From Candidatus Marinacidobacterales bacterium (GTDB lineage Bacteria; Acidobacteriota; Vicinamibacteria; Marinacidobacterales; DATDRI01), in NCBI GenBank assembly GCA_965226495.1, contig OZ245365.1, forward strand, positions 3,264,001-3,328,000: DNA of 64,000 nt, written 5' to 3'. Under the pieces are notes generated by a model that worked only from the letters and a program-made list of their open reading frames with translations, did not search any database and was not told the DNA's origin. A program made the position numbers and the translations under genes. This document shows, piece after piece, positions 1 through 9,087 of the stretch (positions are counted from its first letter, which is position 1; each line of letters begins with the position of its first letter).

Positions 1-788
1 CCGTCCTTGTCTAGAAGCTGGTAAAACTCTTGGTCGTCGGTGCGATGAGAGCGTTCGACCTTGCCGTTCAATCGAGGGGTCCGGGGCGTGATGTATACGT
101 GGGATATGTCTTTGTCCTGAAGGTGCCAGTGAAACCTCGACTGGAATTCAGCACCGTTGTCGGTTTGTATGACGTGAATTCTGAAGGGTAATCGGTGGAT
201 GACTTCATCGATGAACTGAATGGCCGTCTTTTGACTGCAGGCATCGAATATCTTCAAGACCCGTATCCTTGTACAGTCGTCTACGGCCGTGAACTGATAG
301 AACCTTCTCCGGGTGCCTGGTATTCTCTCCAGGAACTTTACATCTACCTGCAGCCTATGACCAGGCTGGCGTCTCTCGTACCGCTTCCAGCGCTTCTTGT
401 GGGCTCGATGTTTTTGACTTGCGGGCAATCGACTCAGGCCATTGCGCTCCAGGACTCGGTGAACCGTGGAAGCGGCGATTTTTATCTGATGATATCGATG
501 CAGGTAGGAAGCGATTCTCGCCGGACCAAAGTGGTAGTTTTGCCGCAAGTAGAGAATCTTGCTGACCGTCTGTTTGGGAGTCTCACGGGGGCAATTCTTG
601 GGCCTCCTTGGTCTATCACAGAGGCTGGCCTCGCCATGGGCCTCGTACCGAGCCAGCCACTTGTAGAAAGTCTTCCGCGAGATCCCGAAATATCTACAAG
701 TTCTTGAGACATTATGAGTTGTTTCGGCTGCGTGACGAATGATCTTCATTCGCCAATTCACTAGCCGCTGTCGTTCCGTCTTCTTCAT
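1..788 (-). CDS. IS481-family transposase (3' end runs off the window; separated from its RBS by the IS256 insertion)
   Basis: Manual translation from ATG at 788: MKKTERQRLVNWRMKIIRHAAETTHNVSRTCRYFGISRKTFYKW (HTH)...RYERRQPGHRLQVDVKF...TAVDDCTR...IQTDNGAEF...NGKVERSHRT (rve/DDE core). Absent from the ORF track because there is no stop codon in the window. Confidence 0.9.
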   Translation of the reverse strand, partial: MKKTERQRLVNWRMKIIRHAAETTHNVSRTCRYFGISRKTFYKWLARYEAHGEASLCDRPRRPKNCPRETPKQTVSKILYLRQNYHFGPARIASYLHRYHQIKIAASTVHRVLERNGLSRLPASQKHRAHKKRWKRYERRQPGHRLQVDVKFLERIPGTRRRFYQFTAVDDCTRIRVLKIFDACSQKTAIQFIDEVIHRLPFRIHVIQTDNGAEFQSRFHWHLQDKDISHVYITPRTPRLNGKVERSHRTDDQEFYQLLDKD

Positions 789-791
789 GTT

Positions 792-2190
792 GGTGATGTC
801 TTAAGATTCCTGTCAAAGAAAAACGATGTATGGTTCCCCAAGCTCAAACCCGTCCCCGTCATGGGACAGAAAAGGAGAACCATACATCATGGGAAAGGTA
901 CTACCGAGTCAGCGATTGCTCAAGCAGTTCGAGGAACAACTGGTATTTGGGGAGATGAATCTCTCGGAGATCGTCCGGTCGGGAGCTCAGATGATGCTTC
1001 AATATGCGTTGGAGCGCGAGGTGACGGAGGCGTTGGGTCGAAACTACTATGAGAACGCTCCGGCAACGACGAAGGAGAAGGGACGACGCAACGGGTATGA
1101 GTCGCATCGGGTCCTCACGGGCGAGGGAGCGGTGACGGTGCAAGTGCCGCGGGTACGAGAAACAGAGAAGGTGTTTCAGTCAAAGATTCTCGACGCCTAC
1201 GTGAGCCGGACCGAGAAACTCGATGAACTGATCGCGCGGATGTACGTCCACGGGATGTCGACGCGTGACATTGAGGCGACGTTCGCGGACGTGCTGAGCG
1301 GCACGGGTGTCTCGAAGTCGGTGGTGAGCCGGGTCACACGGTGTCTGTCGGAGGATTTCGAGGCGTTTCGAAAACGGGATCTCTCGAACGAGAAGCTGTT
1401 GTATCTCGAGCTCGACGGCACGTACCTGCGCTACCACCAAGGAGCGGAGAGGAAAGAGCCCATCCTCGTTGCGACCGGCTATCGCGCTGATGGGACGCGA
1501 GTTCTTCTTCATATCGGTGTCGGCAACCGAGAATCCTACGAGAACTGGAAGGGGTTCTTGCAGGAGATGGTGGCCCGAGGAATGAGGGAGCCGTTGCTCA
1601 TCGTGACGGACGGGAATCCTGGAGTGCTCAAAGCGATCGCAGAGGTCTTCCCTCGAAGCCTCAAGCAACGTTGCCAGAAGCACCGCCTCGAGAACATCCT
1701 GGGCAAGGCTCCGAAGGAAGTGCGCGACGAACTCAAGGCGGCCATCCTTGAGTCGTTCCATGCGAACAGCTACGAGCAAGGGCTGAAGAAGGGTCGGGAG
1801 GTGATCGCTCGGTACCGTCAACGATTCCCGAGCGCGATGAAGTGCATGGAAGAGACCCTCGAAGCGTGTCTTCAGGCGCTACGCCTTCCTGCGGCGCATC
1901 ACAAAAGGCTTCGCACGTCGAATCTACTTGAGCGCACGTTCGGAGAGCACAAACGTCGCACAAAGGTCATTCCTCACTTCTTCACCGAGGAGGCCGCGAT
2001 GAAACTCTCGTTCGCTGTGCTCTTGGCCGTCGCAAACAAATGGCGCGGCGTGAGGATGGATGTCTTCGCCGCTAGGAAAGTCGAGGAGCTTCGCAACGAG
2101 CTTCTCCCGCAAGGCACGTCGGAGGAATCAGCAGCTTAACCGAGCGCGGGGAACCGTACGGAGATTTGACAGGAAAATTAAGACTTGACC
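792..2190 (+). mobile_element. IS256-family insertion sequence, 1399 bp, with 8-bp target duplication
   Basis: 26-bp imperfect terminal IRs: GGTGATGTCTTAAGATTCCTGTCAAA (792-817) vs the reverse complement of 2165-2190, GGTCAAGTCTTAATTTTCCTGTCAAA (4 mismatches). Direct repeat TTCATGTT at 784-791 and 2191-2198. Confidence 0.93.
826..2139 (+). CDS. IS256-family (Mutator-like) transposase
   Basis: RNGY..R, VPRVR, MYVHGMSTRDI, YLELDGT, IVTDG, QRCQKH and RTSNLLER motifs. The real start may be the ATG at 889. Confidence 0.95.
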   Translation: MYGSPSSNPSPSWDRKGEPYIMGKVLPSQRLLKQFEEQLVFGEMNLSEIVRSGAQMMLQYALEREVTEALGRNYYENAPATTKEKGRRNGYESHRVLTGEGAVTVQVPRVRETEKVFQSKILDAYVSRTEKLDELIARMYVHGMSTRDIEATFADVLSGTGVSKSVVSRVTRCLSEDFEAFRKRDLSNEKLLYLELDGTYLRYHQGAERKEPILVATGYRADGTRVLLHIGVGNRESYENWKGFLQEMVARGMREPLLIVTDGNPGVLKAIAEVFPRSLKQRCQKHRLENILGKAPKEVRDELKAAILESFHANSYEQGLKKGREVIARYRQRFPSAMKCMEETLEACLQALRLPAAHHKRLRTSNLLERTFGEHKRRTKVIPHFFTEEAAMKLSFAVLLAVANKWRGVRMDVFAARKVEELRNELLPQGTSEESAA

Positions 2191-2261
2191 TTCATGTTGC
2201 ACTACCTCCCTGCAGCACTTAAAAGAAGACTAGTGTGTCACCTCTGTCCTGGGGTTTTACA
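2191..2261 (-). mobile_element. Left end of the IS481 element (terminus and RBS)
   Basis: The minus strand reads TGTAAAACCCCAGGACAGAGGTGACAC from 2261 (IS481-type 5'-TGT end), then GGGAGG ahead of the duplicated ATG. Confidence 0.7.
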
Positions 2262-2268
2262 GAGCGCC

Positions 2269-2372
2269 GTCTAACGAGCAGTTGCAGCAGACGAAGCGCG
2301 AGTATGATGCAGGGGCTGTCCAAGCTCTTACGTCATCGAGTCGCGCTTCGCGGCTGAACGGCCCTGCTATAC
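2269..2372 (+). other. Integron attC-like recombination site with degenerate R' box
   Basis: R'' GTCTAAC, 5-nt spacer, L'' GTTGCAGC, stem CGAAGCGCGA...TCGCGCTTCG, L' GCTGAAC (pairs with L'' leaving the extrahelical G), 6-nt spacer, R' GCTATAC instead of GTTRRRY. Confidence 0.7.
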
Positions 2373-3485
2373 CGCCCGACAGCAAGGGGTCGTGGGGGAT
2401 GCCAAAAGAGAGCCACCGCAATCTCCTTTGTCTGCCGTCGAATTCCCGCGCCCAACGTACCAGCCATCGCTAGCCCCTGGATCACGTGATCCAAGATTGG
2501 AAACCGCTCGCACGCTATAAGGCATTCCAGCATCTCGGGAAATCATGGCGCCGCCCACTCGCTGTGGGGTCGAAGAGATAGACGGCTTGCTCTTCGAACG
2601 TCCCTTCGAACTCGGCAGGGGCAACGGCTTTTCGATAACTCCTAATGGCCCCTCCCAAGTCAGTCGGTTGGGAGCCCGACCCTTGACCTTCAATCGCCCC
2701 TCGGTGATCGCGGCGTGACACACCGCGCAGACCGTGTGGAGATTCCAAGTCTCGTCGGGACCACCCCGAGCCCGCGGGATGATGTGGTTCGCACTCAAAG
2801 CAGTTCGATTGCTGCACCCAGGCCGGGTGCACTTCCAGCCGGCTCGCTCGGCGACCTTTCGCACGTAGCCGCCATCGGTCTCGGGTCCGTCTCCAAACGC
2901 CGGCGTTATTGCATACCCGCAAAGCGCCTCAGCGCACATGAGATCGAATACCTCGATGTCGCTCAAGGTCTTTCCCGCCAAACGCTCGAGCGCCTCTCTC
3001 GCCTGCTCCCACGCCTCGACTCGATCACCTTCGAGCATGAAGAAGAGAGATTTCCTCGTCGTCGGTGGCTGCTTTCTTTTGACTTCCTGTTCGAGCTGGC
3101 GATTGCTCATGTTCTTGCAACGGTCGAGCCACTTGGCTTCGGTCTTGGGTGTCGCGACTTTGACGACCTCTCGCGCCTTGGTCCAAGGGATGTCTCCTTT
3201 CTGGAAGGCCGCCTTTAATCGCGGGAGTTCTTCGAAACGTTCTGCCATGTTTAGCAGCGACGGCGTCTTGCGATCCTCGAAACCCAGTCGTTCGCGAGCG
3301 TAATCGACGGTCGAGGCGAAACCGTATTTCAGGTAGAGTTGCCGGTTCTCGACCTCCTGGAGGTAGAAGCACAAAACGGACTCCACCCGGCGGTGTACTC
3401 GAGCGGCGGAAACCAGGCGTCGATCGACCTCGCTCGGGGGAAGACCTTTGGTCATTTCAAGAACGACTTCGGCAGGCACGGACAT
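2367..3485 (-). CDS. HNH endonuclease with DUF222-like N-terminal region
   Basis: N-terminal GFASTVDYARERLG...LPRLKAAF..GDIPWTKAREV. C-terminal CTRPGC...NHIIPRARGG...NLHTVCAVCH. Confidence 0.8.
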   Translation of the reverse strand: MSVPAEVVLEMTKGLPPSEVDRRLVSAARVHRRVESVLCFYLQEVENRQLYLKYGFASTVDYARERLGFEDRKTPSLLNMAERFEELPRLKAAFQKGDIPWTKAREVVKVATPKTEAKWLDRCKNMSNRQLEQEVKRKQPPTTRKSLFFMLEGDRVEAWEQAREALERLAGKTLSDIEVFDLMCAEALCGYAITPAFGDGPETDGGYVRKVAERAGWKCTRPGCSNRTALSANHIIPRARGGPDETWNLHTVCAVCHAAITEGRLKVKGRAPNRLTWEGPLGVIEKPLPLPSSKGRSKSKPSISSTPQRVGGAMISRDAGMPYSVRAVSNLGSRDPGASDGWYVGRGNSTADKGDCGGSLLASPTTPCCRAV

Positions 3486-3536
3486 GGCACTTACTCCTTT
3501 TAAAATGAGTGGGTTGCTATGAAAACCCGATACTCG

Positions 3537-3565
3537 AATATAGGAGTATATTAGGTGAATGTCAA
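3537..3565 (-). promoter_or_regulatory. sigma70-type promoter for the HNH gene
   Basis: TTGACA-N17-TATATT on the minus strand, with AAGGAG RBS before the ATG at 3485. Confidence 0.55.
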
Positions 3566-3882
3566 GTCATGTCATACGCACAATCTAACTAATTAGAAAC
3601 AAAGGACTTAGACAGAAAAACCAAAGGGTCGAAGGACCTGGCCGGTGGCTCAACTCATTGATAAAACAGTACTTACGCGCCCGGGCGCGGGCAAAAGACG
3701 TCTCTTCCCTTTCGAGGCTGCCCCCGTCGCCGACCCCGGTCCGTTCCGTCGTCCTCGTCTAGCGTCTGACGCCCGGCCTCGTTTCGGCAACCGACGCCCG
3801 GCAAACTTCCCTCGTGGCAAGCTTAGCAGGCATCCCTTTTTGGCGACTTACTGGCTCAATCCAGTAAAATAGTCAGTCGACC

Positions 3883-4785
3883 ATGAAGAACCTAGTTCCC
3901 CTGCCGTATCGCCGGGTCTCGGTCCAGCCCTACGAACGCGAGATGACGGAAAAGCCCATCCGCGCGCACCTGATGGGCCGGGAGACGTATCGGCGGACGG
4001 ACTTCATCGTCCTGAGGAAGGGCCCAGACAGTAAGGAGACGGCGGTCGTCGAGGTCACGGCCCCCGATAGGGAGAGTCTCTTCAGCCCCATCGATTCGGT
4101 CCGGATCGTGGCCCTGCCCGAAACCTGTGTCTTCGTCGAAGCCCCGGAGACCGATCCGGCCAACCCCTCCTCCCTGGCAGCCAAGGCGCACGAGCTCGGG
4201 ATCGAGGGCGAGCAAACGCTGGTGGTGCGCGGCAAGTACGAGCACGTCGGCTTCATTCACCACCCCGATCCCATGGTCATCCGTGTCGTAGAAGTTTCTC
4301 CGCCGGAGCCGCCCAAGCTCTTCGACCTCGCCCAACGCGTGCTCAGCTATGCGGAGCTTCCCCCAATACGGTTGGAGCTCACCCGCATCGACCTGAACGA
4401 GCTCGCCGAAGGCCACTCCCCTTCCGCCTTTCTGGTACCTTGCCGCTCCGGAGGACTGGATGGGCTCAAGGCACCGGTGTACTTTCTGGACGAGCGTCCG
4501 GCACGGCTCGATTGGACGATGATCGGGTGCGAGCGCAGTCTACAGTTCCATCGTCACTACTACGGCGACGAGCCGCCCCGCATAGAGCTCTGCCCGCGCC
4601 AATTGGCCGGCGAGAACGACGCTCCAACGCTACTCAAGTGTTGCCTCCTCGAGTTCGATTCCGAGCTCGACGAAAATGTTGCGATAGCACCCTGGGGCGC
4701 TGATCTGGCGATGGTGGAGAAGGCCATTCGTCAACTCGTGGCGGTCGCGGAGCGCGCACCCGCCGAAGCTACCAAAGCTACGTGA
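3883..4785 (+). CDS. Cys-rich uncharacterised protein, first gene of the putative coenzyme M operon (XcbA position)
   Basis: 300-aa ORF with PCRSGG, GCERS..FH, ELCPR, LLKCCLLE and PWGA motifs, 18 bp upstream of comA. Confidence 0.75.
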   Translation: MKNLVPLPYRRVSVQPYEREMTEKPIRAHLMGRETYRRTDFIVLRKGPDSKETAVVEVTAPDRESLFSPIDSVRIVALPETCVFVEAPETDPANPSSLAAKAHELGIEGEQTLVVRGKYEHVGFIHHPDPMVIRVVEVSPPEPPKLFDLAQRVLSYAELPPIRLELTRIDLNELAEGHSPSAFLVPCRSGGLDGLKAPVYFLDERPARLDWTMIGCERSLQFHRHYYGDEPPRIELCPRQLAGENDAPTLLKCCLLEFDSELDENVAIAPWGADLAMVEKAIRQLVAVAERAPAEATKAT

Positions 4786-4803
4786 CATAGGAGAAAAGCA
4801 TTC

Positions 4804-5640
4804 ATGACCAAAGCTTGGACTTCCATCTTTCCTGAGCTGGCGGCCCGCTCGCGGAAACCACGAACTCGCGGCGTGACGATGCTGCTGGACAAGTGCCAGG
4901 GCCCCGCGGCCACCGAAGATCTCCTGGCCATGTCGGGGGACTACATCGACTTTTGGAAGATGTCTTACGGAACGTCGGCTCTCCTCGACGACGGTTTCCT
5001 ACGTCGCAAGATTGAAACGATCGGCCAGCACGACATCATCGTCCACCCTGGCGGCACATTGGCGGAATACGGGATCATGCGAGGTCTCACCCGAGAGTAC
5101 GTCCGACACTGCCAGGCTCTCGGTTTCACCGGTGTCGAGATCTCGGATGGCACGATCGAAATGTCGCCCAGTGTGCGCCGGGATGCCATTCGGTACGCCC
5201 GGGATCTCGGTTTAACCGTCATCACCGAGGTCGGTAAGAAAGACCCCAACGAGCAACCTGCGGTCGAGCTGCTAGCGGAACAAGCGCTAGGCGACTTCGA
5301 TGCGGGCGCCTCCTGGGTCATCGTCGACGCGCGTGAGTCGGGTCGAGGAGTGGGGGTGTTCGACGCGGATGGCACCGTCCGCGAGGAAGCTGTCGATGCT
5401 ATGGTCGATATCTTGGAAGGCCACCTCGATAAGATGATCTGGGAGACGCCGCTCAAGAAACAGCAGGAGTACTTCATCATCCGCTTCGGCCCGCATGTCG
5501 GACTCGGCAACATCCAACCGCGCGACGTCCTGGCACTTGAATCGATGCGCACCGGTATCCGCTTCGAGACTTTCCACGCCTTTGCCGAGAAGCTCCTCGA
5601 AGAGGCCCAGCAGGCTCGAGACGCGGCGGACGACGGATAA
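4804..5640 (+). CDS. comA: Phosphosulfolactate synthase (ComA/XcbB)
   Basis: RKPRTRGVTMLLDK, YIDFWKMSYGTS, PGGTLAE, EISDGTI, TEVGKKD, DARESG, GLGNI and LESMRTGIR are ComA-family motifs. Confidence 0.93.
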   Translation: MTKAWTSIFPELAARSRKPRTRGVTMLLDKCQGPAATEDLLAMSGDYIDFWKMSYGTSALLDDGFLRRKIETIGQHDIIVHPGGTLAEYGIMRGLTREYVRHCQALGFTGVEISDGTIEMSPSVRRDAIRYARDLGLTVITEVGKKDPNEQPAVELLAEQALGDFDAGASWVIVDARESGRGVGVFDADGTVREEAVDAMVDILEGHLDKMIWETPLKKQQEYFIIRFGPHVGLGNIQPRDVLALESMRTGIRFETFHAFAEKLLEEAQQARDAADDG

Positions 5641-5651
5641 CGAGAGAACCC

Positions 5652-7247
5652 ATGGTTTTTGGCGACCCCCCCTCCGACGCCCTCATCCGAACCGCCTATG
5701 CGCGCGAGGCGGGCGACACGGCTATCCTTTATAAGGGGATGAGCCTGGCCGATATCGCCCACGTCGTCGGCTTGGTGGAGTCCAAGATCATTCCCCGCCA
5801 GGCGGGAGGCGAGCTCTTGTGGGCATTGCTAGAAATCCATCCTTCACCCCCGATGGATTTTGCCGTCGATCCCGGCCGCGGTGATTCCTACTCGAACCGC
5901 GAGGCTTACTTGAGAATGCTCACTCCCTCGGCCGGATGGCTGTCGGCAGGCCGGGCGCGGCGCGAGTCCACGACGACCGGTTATCGAATCGCCGTCCGAG
6001 AGCGGTTGCTGAGCTTGGCCGGAGCACTCGGCGACTGCGCCGCGGCGGCACTCGAGCAATGTGACGCGCATCGAACGACTCTCTTCCCCGACTACACGTA
6101 CCTTCAGCCGGCTCAACCCACCGTGTTCGCGCATTACCTCCTGACGTTCGTCTACCCCATGCTCCGTGATCTAGAGCGTCTCGGTGGCGCCTTCGCGCGT
6201 ACCAATGTCTCGCCGGCCGGCTGCGGCAGCGTGAACGGAAGCCGGCTACCCTTGGACCGCGAGGCGCTTTCCCAAATGCTCGGCTTCGACCGCCCCATCC
6301 CGCACGCACGCGACGCCATGTGGCAGGCGGACGGCCCGATCGAAAACGCGGCACTCATCACCGCGGTGCTCATCAACCTCGACCGCCTGGCCGAAGACCT
6401 GCAGATCTTTTCGACATCCGAGTTCGGGCTCGTCGAGTTGGCCGACCGCCATGCGCGCCCGAGCGTGATCATGCCGCAGAAGAAAAACCCGTACTCGCTC
6501 GCCTATCTCCGAGGGCTTGCCGGGGTTTCCATCGGCACCTTGGCTGCGATGGCTGCGGTCGCCAAGACGCCTTCCGGACAGATCGACAATCGCATGTTCG
6601 CTTATGGCGACGTACCGCGGGCGCTCGATCAAGCGACGGACGCAACACGGTTGATGGCCGACGTGCTCCGAGGGCTCACTGTGAAGACGGATGTCGCTGA
6701 AAATCGAGCCGCACAAGACTTCCTCGGTGCGACCGACTTGGCGGAAGTCATCATGATCGAGTGCGAGATCGACTACAAAACCGCGCACCGTATCGTAGCC
6801 CGAGCCATTCGGGAGGCCCTCGAATCAAACGAAGTAGGCGAATCGGCGCTAGCCATCGAACGACTGGAAGCCGCCGCCGAAGCCACCATCGGAAAAAAAC
6901 TCGGCCTCTCGAAGAAAAGAATTCGCGAGGTGCTCGACCCGGCGAGTATCGTCGCCACGCGCACCGGTATCGGAGGCGCCGCGAGCGAATCGGTGAGCGA
7001 GATGATCGCCGCATGCAGAAATGGCCTGAACGAAAATGAAGCGTGGCGCCTGGAGACGGGAAGGAAACTCGTGGAGGCCGAAACACGATTGGGAATGAAG
7101 GCCACACTACTGAAGATCGTTCCCGCCGAGCCCGCTGAGAAAGACGGCTCGCCTGAATCGCAGCAAGCCGAAACCAGTTCTTGGGAAAAGGAGTTCGAAG
7201 ATCTCCCCAAGATGCCTCCCGGGCGCCGCCGATTTCCAGCCGAATGA
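5652..7247 (+). CDS. Argininosuccinate lyase-like aspartase/fumarase-superfamily enzyme (XcbC-like)
   Basis: PDYTYLQPAQP, SPAGCGSVNG, RLAEDL and SVIMPQKKNP. Lies directly after comA. Confidence 0.85.
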   Translation: MVFGDPPSDALIRTAYAREAGDTAILYKGMSLADIAHVVGLVESKIIPRQAGGELLWALLEIHPSPPMDFAVDPGRGDSYSNREAYLRMLTPSAGWLSAGRARRESTTTGYRIAVRERLLSLAGALGDCAAAALEQCDAHRTTLFPDYTYLQPAQPTVFAHYLLTFVYPMLRDLERLGGAFARTNVSPAGCGSVNGSRLPLDREALSQMLGFDRPIPHARDAMWQADGPIENAALITAVLINLDRLAEDLQIFSTSEFGLVELADRHARPSVIMPQKKNPYSLAYLRGLAGVSIGTLAAMAAVAKTPSGQIDNRMFAYGDVPRALDQATDATRLMADVLRGLTVKTDVAENRAAQDFLGATDLAEVIMIECEIDYKTAHRIVARAIREALESNEVGESALAIERLEAAAEATIGKKLGLSKKRIREVLDPASIVATRTGIGGAASESVSEMIAACRNGLNENEAWRLETGRKLVEAETRLGMKATLLKIVPAEPAEKDGSPESQQAETSSWEKEFEDLPKMPPGRRRFPAE

Positions 7248-7271
7248 GCGCTCGAGTCAAATCTTAATTTT

Positions 7272-8663
7272 ATGCCATCTCACATCTCCGATTCGCTGAT
7301 CTACCGGAGCTCATGGGGCACCGAGGAAACGCGTGCGATATTCGACGACGAGCCCCGAACCCGCGCTTGGCTCGAGATCCTGGCCGTGCTGGCGGAAAGC
7401 CAAGCGGAAGTAGGTCTCATCCCTGCCGGTGATGCCAAGAAAGTAGCGCGCGCTTGCCGAGAGATGACGCTCGACACCGAGTTCTTCGAGGAGGTCCGGA
7501 AGGGTTTCGAGGAGACCAATCACACCACGCTCGGCCTCATTCGCGCCGTCCAACGCCGTTGCCCCGACGGCTCGGGCGAATGGGTCTACTACGGTGCCAC
7601 CGTACAAGACGTCGTCGACACCTGGACCATGATGACGGTCGCGCAAGTATGGTCCATCGCGTTCCGGGAGCTGAAAGCGCTCGAAGAGAATCTCCTTAGG
7701 CTCGCGGAGACTCACAAAGATACGGTAATGCCCGGTCGTACGCACGGCCAGCCCGGACTCCCCATCACCTTTGGTTTCAAGGCGGCAGTCTGGGCGAGCG
7801 AGACCCGACGCCACATCGCGCGCCTCAAAGACATTAGAAGTCGCATCGGAGTGGGTCAGCTCGTCGGCGGTGTAGGCAGCATGTCCTCCTTGGGTCCGCA
7901 GGCTTTCACGTTGCAAGAGAAGTTCTGTTCTCGCCTAGGGCTTCGACCGTCGGATATCTCATGGACCACCGCGCGCGACGTCTTTGTAGAATGGTTCCAG
8001 CTGCTAACCCTCATCTCCGGTACCGCAGACAAAATGGGGCATGAGATCTACAACCTGCAGCGTCCCGAGATCGGTGAGGTGACCGAAGGTTTCGTACCGG
8101 GAACGGTGGGGAGCATCACGATGCCGCACAAGCGCAACCCCGAAATCGCGGAGCACCTGGGCACGCTGGCGAGAGTAATTCGTCACAACACGGCGCTCCT
8201 GTCAGAATCTCAAGTTCACGACCACGAGCGGGACGGGCGAGCTTGGAAGTCGGAGTGGGCGGTTCTGGCCGAGACATCGATGGCGGCGGCAAAGCTTCTC
8301 GAGTTGACCAACACGATGATCCAACATCTCGACGTCCACGCCGACCGAGCGCTCGCCAATCTGGAAGCGAGCAAGGGCTTCGTGCTGTCGGAAGCCGTCA
8401 TGCTGAAGCTAGCGGAGCACGTTGGCAAGCAAAGCGCTCACACATTAATGTACGAGACCGCGATGAAGGCGCATGAGGCAGATCGTCCGCTAAAGGACGC
8501 CGTCTTAGAAAATGATGCCATCCGCAAGCACCTGTCCGCGGAGACCATCGAGGCTCTTTTCGACTACCGGCGACATACAGGCTTCTGTAGCGAGCAAGTC
8601 GATCGGGTGCTGGCGCGAGCCAAGAAGGAGAGGGAGAGGGAGAGGGAGAGCGACTCGAAATGA
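7272..8663 (+). CDS. Adenylosuccinate lyase-like enzyme (XcbD-like)
   Basis: YGATVQD, MPGRTHGQP, GSITMPHKRNP, HERD and an ADSL-type C-terminal domain. Confidence 0.85.
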   Translation: MPSHISDSLIYRSSWGTEETRAIFDDEPRTRAWLEILAVLAESQAEVGLIPAGDAKKVARACREMTLDTEFFEEVRKGFEETNHTTLGLIRAVQRRCPDGSGEWVYYGATVQDVVDTWTMMTVAQVWSIAFRELKALEENLLRLAETHKDTVMPGRTHGQPGLPITFGFKAAVWASETRRHIARLKDIRSRIGVGQLVGGVGSMSSLGPQAFTLQEKFCSRLGLRPSDISWTTARDVFVEWFQLLTLISGTADKMGHEIYNLQRPEIGEVTEGFVPGTVGSITMPHKRNPEIAEHLGTLARVIRHNTALLSESQVHDHERDGRAWKSEWAVLAETSMAAAKLLELTNTMIQHLDVHADRALANLEASKGFVLSEAVMLKLAEHVGKQSAHTLMYETAMKAHEADRPLKDAVLENDAIRKHLSAETIEALFDYRRHTGFCSEQVDRVLARAKKERERERESDSK

Positions 8664-9073
8664 AACCCTGTTTCTACATCGGGTTGGCACTGATTCTATT
8701 CACGTTGGGAGGGTGTGGCAACGGAGAAGGCACCAAGAGTGGCGAAACCAACATCAAACCCCTCCCCACCGGCAACCCGACAGACGGAGAAAGCGTCTTC
8801 TTGGGCACGTGTATCAAATGCCACGGCAAAGATGCGACCGGGATCGAAGGTTCAGGAACCAATCTGACCATCAGCGAGTTCGTCAAAGCTCATACTGATG
8901 CCGAGTTGGTGGAGTACATCAAGACCGGACGCGCGATGAACGACGCGCTCAACACGACGGGGATCGCGATGCCCCCGTACGGCGCCAATCCAATGCTAAC
9001 CGATCAGGATCTCGCCGACGTCGTGGCTTACTTACGAGCCGTTCAGCGTGCACCCGATTCACCGACGAACTGA
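8660..9073 (+). CDS. Lipoprotein monoheme class I cytochrome c
   Basis: Signal peptide with LGGC lipobox, CIKCH heme motif and distal AMPP Met. ATGA overlap with the upstream stop. Confidence 0.85.
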   Translation: MKPCFYIGLALILFTLGGCGNGEGTKSGETNIKPLPTGNPTDGESVFLGTCIKCHGKDATGIEGSGTNLTISEFVKAHTDAELVEYIKTGRAMNDALNTTGIAMPPYGANPMLTDQDLADVVAYLRAVQRAPDSPTN

Positions 9074-9087
9074 GGAAAAACATACCC

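Noticed and set aside
195-707. 170-aa plus-strand ORF
   Set aside because: Antisense shadow of the IS481 transposase on the minus strand.
3841-3856. sigma54 promoter for the CoM-type operon
   Set aside because: GG-N10-GC spacing is present but both boxes deviate (TGGCGA/TGGCT); too weak to call.
8627-8650. (GGAGAG)4 microsatellite as a phase-variation switch
   Set aside because: The 6-bp unit keeps frame and lies at the extreme C-terminus. It may simply double as the RBS of the cytochrome gene.
5652-8663. Annotation as housekeeping argH and purB
   Set aside because: Catalytic-motif substitutions and the position between comA and a desulfhydrase-like gene, with no arg/pur neighbours.
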